A stretch of 38,738 bases of DNA from an uncultured bacterium (GCA_965371515.1 CBDUYR010000024.1:1-38738); one strand, 5' to 3'; counted from the stretch's first letter, positions 9,729-18,788 are shown. The notes: generated by a model not told the origin, from the letters alone. A program made the numbers and translations.

Positions 9729-10121
9729 ATGGATCTCGTTTCGCCGGAATTTCTCGACCATTTCATGAACCCGCGTAATCACGGGACGATCGAGGATCCC
9801 GACGGTACGGGGATGGGGGGATCTTCCGACTGCGACGACTGGCTCCTGCTGACCATCAGGGTCGACGCGGGGAAGATAGCCGACATCCGGTTCCAGTGCA
9901 GGGGGTGCTCGGCCGCGATAGCCACGTCGAGCGCAACGACCGTGCTGGCGAAGGGCAGGACGATCGAGGAGGCGGAGGTCCTTTCCGCCGATGAGATCGA
10001 GAGGGCCGTCGGAGGCCTGTCCGAAGAGAAGAGGCACTGCTCGCTTCTCGGCGCAGAGGCCCTGAAGGACGCGATAAACGATTGTCGGAGGCGTGGAAAC
10101 GATTCTCCGGAAACGATATAA
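9729..10121 (+). CDS. iscU: IscU/NifU N-terminal-type Fe-S scaffold protein
   Basis: LDHFMNPRNHG, three conserved Cys (DCDD, GCSAAIATSS, KRHCSLL). Confidence 0.9.
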   Translation: MDLVSPEFLDHFMNPRNHGTIEDPDGTGMGGSSDCDDWLLLTIRVDAGKIADIRFQCRGCSAAIATSSATTVLAKGRTIEEAEVLSADEIERAVGGLSEEKRHCSLLGAEALKDAINDCRRRGNDSPETI

Positions 10122-10173
10122 CAGGAGACGATATACTGTAAGTACGCAGAAAGTCCAAGGAAGGGGTCCCGCA

Positions 10174-11358
10174 GTGGATGATATCAGGAAGAAATCGAGA
10201 GATACGCAGTGCGTTCACGCAAGCATGATGGAAGATGCCAACGGCGCCGTTGTCCCGCCGATATACCAGACGTCTACCTTCAAGTTCCGAGACGCGGATC
10301 ACGGTGCTGCGTGCTTTGCCGGGCGCGAGAAGGGCTACATCTACACGCGGATGGGCAATCCGACGATAGAAGGGGTGGAGAACGCAGTCGCAGTGCTCGA
10401 GGGCGGATACGCCGGGATCGGGTGCGGCTCCGGTATGGCGGCCCTTCATCTCGCCTTTGCTTCGATCCTCAAGACTGGCGACCACGTCGTCTGCAGCGAA
10501 TCAGTCTACGGGCCGGTGATCGGCCTGCTGAACACCCAGTTCGCCAACTTCGGCATCGAAGTGTCCTTTGTCGATACTTCCGACCTCGAGGCGGTTAAGG
10601 CCGCCATGACGCCGAAAACGACCCTCGTCCACATCGAGACCCCGGGCAATCCCACGCTGGTGATCACCGACCTGGCCGGCGCGGCGAAGATCGCCCATGA
10701 CGGCGGCGCGAAGATGACGGTCGACAACACCTTCATGAGCCCCGTGCTGCAGAGACCGTTCGAGCACGGCGCCGACGTCGTGATTCATTCGATGACGAAG
10801 TTTATCAACGGACACGCCGATGTCGTAGCGGGTATGGTCGTCGCGAAAGACGAGCAGGATTACATACACATGCGCCGAATGTCGAACGCCTTCGGCGGCA
10901 CGATAGATCCGTTCAACTCATTTCTCGTGGCCAGGGGGATCAAGACACTGGCAATTCGCGTACAGCGCCACAACGAGAGCGGCCCGAAGGTGGCGGCCTT
11001 CCTCGACGGCCACTCCAAGGTAGAAAAGGTGATGTATCCCGGGCTCGAGTCGCATCCCGGCCATGACATCCACGCGAAGCAGGCGGACGGTCCCGGCGGC
11101 CTGATCAGCTTTGAACTGATCGGCGGGCTGGAGGCCGGCAAGGTACTGATGAATTCTGTGAAGATGTGCGTCCTTGCCGTCAGTCTCGGCGGGGTGGAGA
11201 CGCTTATCCAGCATCCCGCATCTATGACTCACGCGAGCATGGGCCCCGATGTGCGGAAGCAGGCCGGCATTACCGACGGGCTGGTCAGGATCTCGGTGGG
11301 GATAGAGGATGTCGGAGAGATAATAGCCGATCTCGAGCAGGGACTGGAGAAAGTCTGA
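10174..11358 (+). CDS. PLP-dependent Cys/Met metabolism enzyme (methionine gamma-lyase/cystathionine lyase family)
   Basis: PPIYQTSTF, YIYTRMGNPT, ETPGNPT, VDNTF, HSMTKFINGH (PLP Lys), AVSLGGVETLIQHPASMTH. Likely GTG start at 10174 after AAGGAAGGGG. Confidence 0.9.
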   Translation: MDDIRKKSRDTQCVHASMMEDANGAVVPPIYQTSTFKFRDADHGAACFAGREKGYIYTRMGNPTIEGVENAVAVLEGGYAGIGCGSGMAALHLAFASILKTGDHVVCSESVYGPVIGLLNTQFANFGIEVSFVDTSDLEAVKAAMTPKTTLVHIETPGNPTLVITDLAGAAKIAHDGGAKMTVDNTFMSPVLQRPFEHGADVVIHSMTKFINGHADVVAGMVVAKDEQDYIHMRRMSNAFGGTIDPFNSFLVARGIKTLAIRVQRHNESGPKVAAFLDGHSKVEKVMYPGLESHPGHDIHAKQADGPGGLISFELIGGLEAGKVLMNSVKMCVLAVSLGGVETLIQHPASMTHASMGPDVRKQAGITDGLVRISVGIEDVGEIIADLEQGLEKV

Positions 11359-11372
11359 CGAGAAAACCCGAT

Positions 11373-11391
11373 ATCCGGCCGACGGCCGGAT
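11373..11391 (+). terminator. GC-rich hairpin after the ORP operon (no U-tract)
   Basis: ATCCGGCC-GAC-GGCCGGAT, 14 nt after the stop. Confidence 0.35.
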
Positions 11392-11509
11392 GCCGTTCCT
11401 GTTCCTGCATGCGCAGGGCTCTTACCAATAATCATAACTGGCGCAGCACCCTTGTATTGCTGTATCATCCCCTTAAGATGGCCTTTCAATCTGCATCGGC
11501 GGAGCGCGC

Positions 11510-14500
11510 TTGAAATACCGGAAATGCATACTTGGATTTTTCATCCTTTCCGCTGTGGCAGTCCTCGCATCATTTGTCTTCACCATGACCTGTTCCTCCG
11601 CACGTGCCCAGGATCTCCCAGTATCGAAACAACTGATCCGCGAGAAGATCCGCGAGGGAATGAGAATCAGGGCGAGGGAGCACGAGAGGGCCCGCGAGAT
11701 GGGACTGCCCATCCGTGGCGATATGCCCGGCGGCGGCCTGTTCGAGCTCAAGACCCTGTCCACCCGGGTGCCGACCTATTTCATGACGTTCAATGACGAT
11801 GCAGCAAGATCGACGAGGACCGACCTCGTCCATGCCGTATACAGGGGAGCCCCGGGCTTCACGATCGGCATCTGGGACGGCGGCGCGGCGAGGGTGACAC
11901 ACCAGGAACTCACAGGAAGGGCGGTCTGGAAAGACAATTTCAGTTACAGCACCCATCCTCATTCGACGCATGTCGGCGCTACGCTCATAGGAGCCGGGGT
12001 CGAGGCCCGCTCGAAGGGGATGGCCTTCGAGGCCGATCTGATATCGTACCAGTGGTCGTTCGACGACCTCGAGGCGGAGCTCGAGGCACGCGACGGCCTT
12101 CTTCTCTCCAACCACAGTTATGGACACGTGAGGGGTTGGTCGGTGAATTCTTCGGGCACAATTTACTGGTATGGGGATGTCTTGATCAGCGAAACGGAGG
12201 CTTATCTCTTCGGCTTCTACAGCAACGTCTCCCGCGACTGGGACGAGGTGACCAACAGGAACCCGCACTACCTCCCCGTCGTTTCGGCTGGAAACGACCG
12301 TAATGACCATGTCGATCCGGGCACGGTGCACCTCTACTGGGATCCGCATGGCGGGGGATGGGTATCGAGCACCGCCGTCCGCGACAACGACGGCGGAGAG
12401 CTCGGATACGACTGTATACCCGACGGCATGAGCACGGCGAAGAACACACTCGTGATCGGGGCGGTCAAAGACGTCGAGGACTACGAGGGACCCGAGGACG
12501 TCGAGATGACGACGTTCAGCTCGTGGGGACCGACCGACGACGGAAGGATCAAGCCCGACATCTGCGGCAACGGCAACTATCTCTACTCGGCGATCGACGA
12601 CTCGGACGACTCTTACACTATCTACAGTGGCACGTCGATGGCGTCTCCCAACGTCTGCGGCTCTCTTGCGCTCCTCCAGGCGCAATACGCCGGGATACGC
12701 GGCGACTCGATGCTCGCCTCCACGGTGAAGGCGCTCGCGATCCACACCGCCAGGGAGGCGGGTCCCCATCCCGGTCCCGACTACGGATTCGGATGGGGTC
12801 TTCTCGATACCTGGGCGGCGTACGAGCAGATAGAATCGGACCCCGACGGCAGGATGGGCAGGATCGCCGAGCTGACACTGTACGACGGGATGCCGATTGA
12901 ACTCTATTACGAGCCTGAAGAGGGCACTGACAGGATGACGGTGACAATCTCATGGAACGACCCCGCATCCGGGATACCGCGGCCGGCACTCAACGACAGG
13001 ACGCCGCTTCTCATAAATGACGTCGACATTCGCGTCACTGGCGCAGGCATCGAGCACAGCCCGTGGATACTCGATCCGGACGATCCCGCCGCCGCTGCGG
13101 GCAGGGGCGACAATTTCCGCGATAACGTCGAGCAGATAGTGATCGACGGCCCCGCGCCGGGCACCTACATCGTCAGGATAAGCCACAAGGCCACCCTCGA
13201 GGGAGGCTCGCAGCGCGTCTCGCTCATCGTCTCCGGCGCGAAACGCACGAGAACGTGGCATGTCTTCGCCGACGGCTCGGGCAATACCGCGACGATAGGA
13301 GAGGCGGTCTCTCTGGCTGAGCCGGGAGACCAGATATTCGTCTTCCCCGGGACCTATTACGAGCATGACATCACGATAGACAAGAATCTGTTGATCAGGG
13401 GCGTCGAGGGAGCCGGGGAGACGACGGTCGATGCGCAGGAAGCGGGAAGATGCTTTGCGATAATATTGCCCGATGAGCTGGGAGCACGCTCCGGGAACAC
13501 GCTCGTATTCGATGGGGCCGTCGAGATCGGCGGTCTCACTCTGCGCGGCGGCAAAGTCCACGGAACGAGCGCCGGCGGCAGGGGGGGCGTGGTTTACTGC
13601 GACGGCGTACGCGCGATCATCTCCTCCTGCGTGATGACCGGCAACGAAGCGAGGGAAGGCGGCGCGATATATCTCAGGGAATCGAGATCACTGATAACAA
13701 ACTGCAGCATAAACGGCAATACGGCCCTCTCGGGCGGCGGCATGTTCCTGCTCCGCTCCGATGCAATCGTGGAAAAGAACACAATAGTAAATAACGACGC
13801 CGCTCAGGGTGGCGGGATGCTTCTCGACAACTCCTCTCCCGAGGTGAGGCGCTGTACGATCTCGCACAACGGACTTGGAGACGGCTCGGGGATCTACATC
13901 CGCGAAGGAGGACGTGCGAGGGTATCGGCTTCGATCGTCTCCTTCGGAAGCGGAAGCGGAATCTACGTCGGCGGATACTCGTCCTTCCCGTCGATAGTCT
14001 GCTGCGACGTCTACGGAAACGAGGACGGGAACTACGAGGGCTCGATCGGGAACCAGACCGGGAGACAGGGCAACATCTCCGAGGACCCGATGTTCTGTGG
14101 CCCCGGCCTGCTCGAATTCACCGTTGGAGATGGATCGCCATGCCTGCCGAACAGGAACCTCTGCGTCACCCTGATCGGCGCGCATGGAGCGGGATGCCAT
14201 ACACTCACCATGATCCGTGTCACACCCGAGGGCACCGGGGACGCGGCGACGATCGCCGATGCTATGGAAGCTGCGGTGGAAGGCGACACGATCATGCTCG
14301 CACCCGGAGTGTTCACAGGCCCGGGCAACCGGGATATATTCTCCAGTGGATTCTCCATAATCATCACATCCGAAGCGGGAGCCGAAGAGACAGTGATCGA
14401 CTGCAGCGAAGGCGGAGACGCGTACTACGGATTCTACTTCGCCGGCGGCGAGGACACCTCGACCGTGCTCGAGGGAGTCACGATAAAGGGTGCGGGCAAG

Positions 14501-16030
14501 GGAGCGATAGTATGTGACGACGGCTCGGGGCCCCTCATCAGGGACTGCGTCCTTACAGGCAACCGCTACATGGGCGGCTGGCACGGCGGCGGGATTATCG
14601 TGGAGGATGGCTCAGCACCGGTCGTAAGACGCTGTGTGATTTCCGACAACGCGGGCAGCCCGTATGGCGGCGGAGTCTACTGCAAGAGCGCTGCGCCCGT
14701 CATCGAGGACTGCGAGATCTCCGGTAACTCGGCCGAGGACTCGGGGGGAGGAGTGGCTTCGTTCAATTCGTCCCATCCTGTTATCAGGCGGTGCCTGATC
14801 TCCGCTAATTCCGCCATCGGGGATTCGGGCGGGGGTGTCTGCGTGATCATGGGCACGGCGACCGTCGAGGACTGCGTGGTGAAAGGCAATACCGCTGGCT
14901 ACGGCGGGGGCGGGCTCTTCAACGGGACTAGCGGTACGCTGACCGTCACCGGGACGGTCATCGCCGGCAACAGCTCGGTGAGCATGGGCGGGGGTATCTA
15001 CAGCGCGGCCGGGATGACTATGTCGCAGTGCACGGTCGTCGACAATTACACGGGATATTACGGCGCTGGAGTCGAGGTCTTCCAGGGCCAGGACAACCAT
15101 ATTGACAACACGATCGTGGCGTTCAACAGGAATGCCGAGGGAATCTTCACGATATCAGGCGATATAGATATCGTCTGCTCCGACGTCTACGGGAACGAGG
15201 GCGGGAATTACGGCGGCGCCACAGCCGATATGACCGGTGCGCTGAACATCTCCGAGGATCCGCTCTTCTGCGACGCAGCAGGCGGTGACTATTATCTCAA
15301 TGCCGACTCGCCCGTTCTTACACCTCCGGATCCTTCATGCGGCGGCATCATGGGAGCGCTCGGCGTGCGGTGCGGCGACTCTGCCGATCTGCTCTTCTCG
15401 TTGGTGGTCTTCGATACGATGATCGCCGACGCGGGCCGGACGATACATGTCGCGGCGGTTGTTCGTAACGACGGCCCGGCGGGCGCGGGCTCTTTCCGTG
15501 TCGACTATTACGGCGATCTCGACGATCCGCCTGTTCCCGGGGATGAGGGCGACTTCTACGAGGTGGTAGATACGCTGGTGTCAGGTGACTCGACGGCCGT
15601 CTTTTTCGATATCTCGAGCCCGGTGGCGGGGATGTGGCGCTCGTGGCTGATGATCGACACCGATGGCCGGGTGCCCGAATACAACATCGATAACAACACG
15701 GCCGGCCCTTACTCGGTCACATGGACCAGTCCGGGAGGGATCGTGCCCGACCGGTCAGGATTGAGAGCGGTCAGTCCCAATCCATTCGGCGATGAGACTG
15801 AGATCATCTACGATCTCGACCGCCGCACCGCCGCGGAGCTGGCGATCTACGATCTCACCGGCAGGCGCCTGATGTTCTGGCAGTTCCCGCCGGCAGGACC
15901 GGGAAGGTTCGTCATTACCTGGCCGGGAACGACTGGCGATGGCCGGCAGTTATCATCAGGAGTCTATTTTCTGAGATTCAAGGTCGATGGCCTGGTCGAG
16001 CAGAGCGAGAAGATCGTCAGGATCAGATAG
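11510..16030 (+). CDS. Secreted S8 subtilisin-like protease with two right-handed beta-helix modules, a CARDB-like domain and a C-terminal FlgD-Ig/Por-type sorting domain
   Basis: Signal peptide; catalytic D (GIWDGG), H (HSTHVGAT), oxyanion N (SAGND), S (SGTSMASP); GG(A/G)I/GN repeats; CARDB-like VRNDG...D..GRVPE..IDNN; C-terminal SPNPF...IYDLTGR...W.G....G..LSSGVYFLR. The TTG start is uncertain. Confidence 0.9.
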   Translation: MKYRKCILGFFILSAVAVLASFVFTMTCSSARAQDLPVSKQLIREKIREGMRIRAREHERAREMGLPIRGDMPGGGLFELKTLSTRVPTYFMTFNDDAARSTRTDLVHAVYRGAPGFTIGIWDGGAARVTHQELTGRAVWKDNFSYSTHPHSTHVGATLIGAGVEARSKGMAFEADLISYQWSFDDLEAELEARDGLLLSNHSYGHVRGWSVNSSGTIYWYGDVLISETEAYLFGFYSNVSRDWDEVTNRNPHYLPVVSAGNDRNDHVDPGTVHLYWDPHGGGWVSSTAVRDNDGGELGYDCIPDGMSTAKNTLVIGAVKDVEDYEGPEDVEMTTFSSWGPTDDGRIKPDICGNGNYLYSAIDDSDDSYTIYSGTSMASPNVCGSLALLQAQYAGIRGDSMLASTVKALAIHTAREAGPHPGPDYGFGWGLLDTWAAYEQIESDPDGRMGRIAELTLYDGMPIELYYEPEEGTDRMTVTISWNDPASGIPRPALNDRTPLLINDVDIRVTGAGIEHSPWILDPDDPAAAAGRGDNFRDNVEQIVIDGPAPGTYIVRISHKATLEGGSQRVSLIVSGAKRTRTWHVFADGSGNTATIGEAVSLAEPGDQIFVFPGTYYEHDITIDKNLLIRGVEGAGETTVDAQEAGRCFAIILPDELGARSGNTLVFDGAVEIGGLTLRGGKVHGTSAGGRGGVVYCDGVRAIISSCVMTGNEAREGGAIYLRESRSLITNCSINGNTALSGGGMFLLRSDAIVEKNTIVNNDAAQGGGMLLDNSSPEVRRCTISHNGLGDGSGIYIREGGRARVSASIVSFGSGSGIYVGGYSSFPSIVCCDVYGNEDGNYEGSIGNQTGRQGNISEDPMFCGPGLLEFTVGDGSPCLPNRNLCVTLIGAHGAGCHTLTMIRVTPEGTGDAATIADAMEAAVEGDTIMLAPGVFTGPGNRDIFSSGFSIIITSEAGAEETVIDCSEGGDAYYGFYFAGGEDTSTVLEGVTIKGAGKGAIVCDDGSGPLIRDCVLTGNRYMGGWHGGGIIVEDGSAPVVRRCVISDNAGSPYGGGVYCKSAAPVIEDCEISGNSAEDSGGGVASFNSSHPVIRRCLISANSAIGDSGGGVCVIMGTATVEDCVVKGNTAGYGGGGLFNGTSGTLTVTGTVIAGNSSVSMGGGIYSAAGMTMSQCTVVDNYTGYYGAGVEVFQGQDNHIDNTIVAFNRNAEGIFTISGDIDIVCSDVYGNEGGNYGGATADMTGALNISEDPLFCDAAGGDYYLNADSPVLTPPDPSCGGIMGALGVRCGDSADLLFSLVVFDTMIADAGRTIHVAAVVRNDGPAGAGSFRVDYYGDLDDPPVPGDEGDFYEVVDTLVSGDSTAVFFDISSPVAGMWRSWLMIDTDGRVPEYNIDNNTAGPYSVTWTSPGGIVPDRSGLRAVSPNPFGDETEIIYDLDRRTAAELAIYDLTGRRLMFWQFPPAGPGRFVITWPGTTGDGRQLSSGVYFLRFKVDGLVEQSEKIVRIR

Positions 16031-16048
16031 CCCGCCGGCGGGAAGTGA

Positions 16049-16600
16049 TCATCTCCCCGTTTTTTCCTTATACCGGTTGAGCAGCTTCTTGTGCTGGTAC
16101 TGTACGTACATCTCCGTCTTCGGCTTCTTCGTGATCCGTCTTATCGTGATCGCCATCTCCGGCAGGCTGAACCAGTACGTCTTGTAGGCCATCTCTTTCG
16201 TGCCGTCGGGGGATGTCGGCTCGATGCCGTATTTCTCCACGATCTGTTCGCGGAGCGTCTCGAGCTGCGAGAAAGTGTTGCGCCTGTAGTAGAGGACGAT
16301 CTCCATCAGCCGGTCATCGAAGAAGGTCAGGCGGGACATCTCGATTTTCCTCGATCCGGAGGGAGTGCCTGTCACGGCGATCATCGTCCCTCTCTGATCG
16401 TGCGGGGAGCCGGGGATCTCGGTCCAGGAGACGGACAGCCCGACACGCTCCTTGAATCCGTCGAACGTCTCCCCGAGGTAGAATCCCTCGATCTTCTCCT
16501 CCAGCATGAGGTCTTCGCCTTCCGAGCAGGAGACGAGGAGAAGGAGAACGAGGGATGCGATTACGGCGCCGGGCGCTCGTTTTCGGTCATGCGGCTTCAG
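16049..16600 (-). CDS. Hypothetical lipoprotein (start ambiguous: CTG 16600, or ATG 16590 with a 1-nt frameshift)
   Basis: The frame of ORF 16049-16507 stays open upstream and encodes ...RKRAPGAVIASLVLLLLVS-C-SEGED, a classic lipoprotein signal, but has no in-frame ATG/GTG/TTG before it. Confidence 0.7.
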   Translation of the reverse strand: MKPHDRKRAPGAVIASLVLLLLVSCSEGEDLMLEEKIEGFYLGETFDGFKERVGLSVSWTEIPGSPHDQRGTMIAVTGTPSGSRKIEMSRLTFFDDRLMEIVLYYRRNTFSQLETLREQIVEKYGIEPTSPDGTKEMAYKTYWFSLPEMAITIRRITKKPKTEMYVQYQHKKLLNRYKEKTGR

Positions 16601-18125
16601 GGCTGCTCACCCCTTCTTCGTCGTCCTTCGAACGGAACAGCGTGTAGAGGCCGCCGATTCCCACCGCCAGCATGATGCCGGACTGTATCCACGTCTTGGG
16701 CGGAATGGCTCCTTTTGTCGATGCGACGAATATCGGCATCACGATCGAGAGCGCAATCAGCACCGCGTAGATGATTATCATGACCCTTCTCGCTTTTGAC
16801 CTCGTCTGCGGCGTATCCGCCGCGAACACCTTGTTATAGAGGATCAGGAGGAACATCGTAAGAACGCCCATTGCGGCGAAGACGAGCCAGAAGGTACGGA
16901 GCTGCGACTGGACGCCGGTCTGGCCGACGAGCGGCTTGAGAAAGGCTACGTACATCTCGCCGCCGACGTTAGAGCCGACGAGCGACCCGATGACCCCGTA
17001 GAGGAAGGCGTATCCCATGTATACCGCCTTCTTGTCCTGCGGCGCGACGAGACCGATGAAGGAGTAGTACTTCGGATGGCAGGTCATCTCGCCGATCGAG
17101 AAGACGGCGATACCAAGGATGAAGATCCATGCGTGCTGCGACGAGGCGAGGAAAAGGAACCCGATGGAGCCGATGAGGATCCCCGCGACCATCGTAGGCA
17201 GCGGTTTCTTGTTTTTTACGACCATGTTGACGACTATCTGCAGGAGCACGATCGTACCTGCGTTTACCACCGTGACGTGTTCGGGCCCGAACTTGTAGTT
17301 GAGGCCGAGGCTGGCGAAGAGATTGTTGATCGGGGTCGGATCGATAAAGTCGCGCAGGTACCAGAGGACCGTACCGAAATTCTGGAAGTAGAGGATCCAG
17401 AAACAGGAGTAGACGAAGATGAGGAGCATGAACCGTGCGTCGGACAGGACCATAAGCGCGCCGGACATCACTTCCTTGAACGACTTGGTGCTCTTGGGCT
17501 TCGGGGGATCCTTGTAGAGGAAGATCGTCGGGAAGAACATGAAGGCGCAGTAGATCGAGCTGAAGATAAAGACCATTCTCCAGTCGAAATTCCAGCGGAC
17601 GAGACCGGCTACGATGGGGGCGATGAGCGCGCCGAGGTTGATCATCCAGTAGTAGATCCCGAAGCCCATCCCCGAGTTGCCCTCGTGCGTTGTACGCGCG
17701 ATAGTGCCGGATATGATCGGTTTAAACAGGCCGGAACCCATGGCCATGACGACGAGTGTGAAGAAGATCACCCCGTAGGCAGTCACCTGGGATGACATGA
17801 AGTATCCCGCGGACAGGAGGGCGAAGGCGACAAGGAGCATCTTCCTGTAGCCGTACCTGTCGGCAAGCGCCCCTCCGAGGATCGGAACGACGTAAGTGAT
17901 CGCGTAGACGACTCCCAGGAGAAGGCCGGCCATGTCCTCGGAAAATCCGAGGCCGCCGAAACCGATTCCCTTGGCCCTGTCGGCAACGTTTCCAGTGAGG
18001 TAAATCGCCAGGAGAGCGTTGAGACCGTAGTAGGCGCCACGCTCGAAGAGCACCATTACGTCGGCGACCCAGAAGGATTTAGGGAAAGAGCCGATTCCTG
18101 TTTTCTGCTCGTTTACCTGTTCCAA
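16587..18125 (-). CDS. MFS transporter, POT/PTR peptide-transporter-like
   Basis: LFERGAYYG, GGALADRYGYRK (motif A), GSGLFKP, GFGIYYWMINLG, FSIGEM; ~14 hydrophobic segments; TTG start after AAGGAAG. Confidence 0.88.
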   Translation of the reverse strand: MEQVNEQKTGIGSFPKSFWVADVMVLFERGAYYGLNALLAIYLTGNVADRAKGIGFGGLGFSEDMAGLLLGVVYAITYVVPILGGALADRYGYRKMLLVAFALLSAGYFMSSQVTAYGVIFFTLVVMAMGSGLFKPIISGTIARTTHEGNSGMGFGIYYWMINLGALIAPIVAGLVRWNFDWRMVFIFSSIYCAFMFFPTIFLYKDPPKPKSTKSFKEVMSGALMVLSDARFMLLIFVYSCFWILYFQNFGTVLWYLRDFIDPTPINNLFASLGLNYKFGPEHVTVVNAGTIVLLQIVVNMVVKNKKPLPTMVAGILIGSIGFLFLASSQHAWIFILGIAVFSIGEMTCHPKYYSFIGLVAPQDKKAVYMGYAFLYGVIGSLVGSNVGGEMYVAFLKPLVGQTGVQSQLRTFWLVFAAMGVLTMFLLILYNKVFAADTPQTRSKARRVMIIIYAVLIALSIVMPIFVASTKGAIPPKTWIQSGIMLAVGIGGLYTLFRSKDDEEGVSSPEAA

Positions 18126-18328
18126 CAGCGTTACTTCCTTTCAGACAATGAATGCCGGCCCGCCTCGACCCTTTCAGAGAGAAAGGCGGCCGCCGGCTTA
18201 TTGCCGGTGCGGGAGCGGGAGATCATCCGTCCCGTCACGCGGGGCATGTTATCAGAAAATGCGATGACGCCGAATAAAAAAAGACATATCGGGTGGGAGA
18301 ATGGACAAGAGTGGGAGAATGGATAGTA

Positions 18329-18703
18329 TCAGCAGGAGAATCTCAGCTCGAACGTCCCGATGATAATCCTGTCGCCGCGCTTGAGGACGTGTTTGTGGAC
18401 TTCCTTGCCGTTGACGGTCGTCCCGTGCCTGCTGTTGAGGTCTTCGATCACGTAACTCCCGTTGGAATTGCGGATTATCGCATGCTCATCGGCGACGAAC
18501 GCGTGGTCGAGACAGATGTCACACGACACGGAACTTCCAATGGACGTGTTCTGCTTCTTCAGGGATATCTCGAGACCGGCGAAACAGCCGCTGGTGATAG
18601 TCAGCCCGGCGTTCCGGCCGTTCGTCCTCCTGGTCCTCTTTCGTTGTTTCGCGTCCAGGACTGCGGTCTGGCCGCTTTTCCTTCCGCCTCTTTTTCCTGA
18701 CAC
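18329..18703 (-). CDS. Small FHA-domain protein (degenerate phosphopeptide site)
   Basis: SIGS...CDICLD...VADEHAII...VIEDLNSRHGTTVNG...LKRGDRIIIG matches the FHA fold pattern. Probable GTG start at 18703 after AAAGGTG (alternative ATG 18718). Confidence 0.82.
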   Translation of the reverse strand: MSGKRGGRKSGQTAVLDAKQRKRTRRTNGRNAGLTITSGCFAGLEISLKKQNTSIGSSVSCDICLDHAFVADEHAIIRNSNGSYVIEDLNSRHGTTVNGKEVHKHVLKRGDRIIIGTFELRFSC

Positions 18704-18788
18704 AACAACACCTTTCATGTAACGGGATCTGCCGCACAGGGCGGATTTGTCCGCCTGTTGCCGGTGCAACACGCAATAATCGTACCAT

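Noticed and set aside
5418..10121. Nitrogen fixation (nif) cluster
   Set aside because: NifX-fold and NifU-like proteins are present, but there is no nifH/D/K/E/N or radical-SAM nifB. The ATPases are MinD/Mrp-type, matching ORP clusters.
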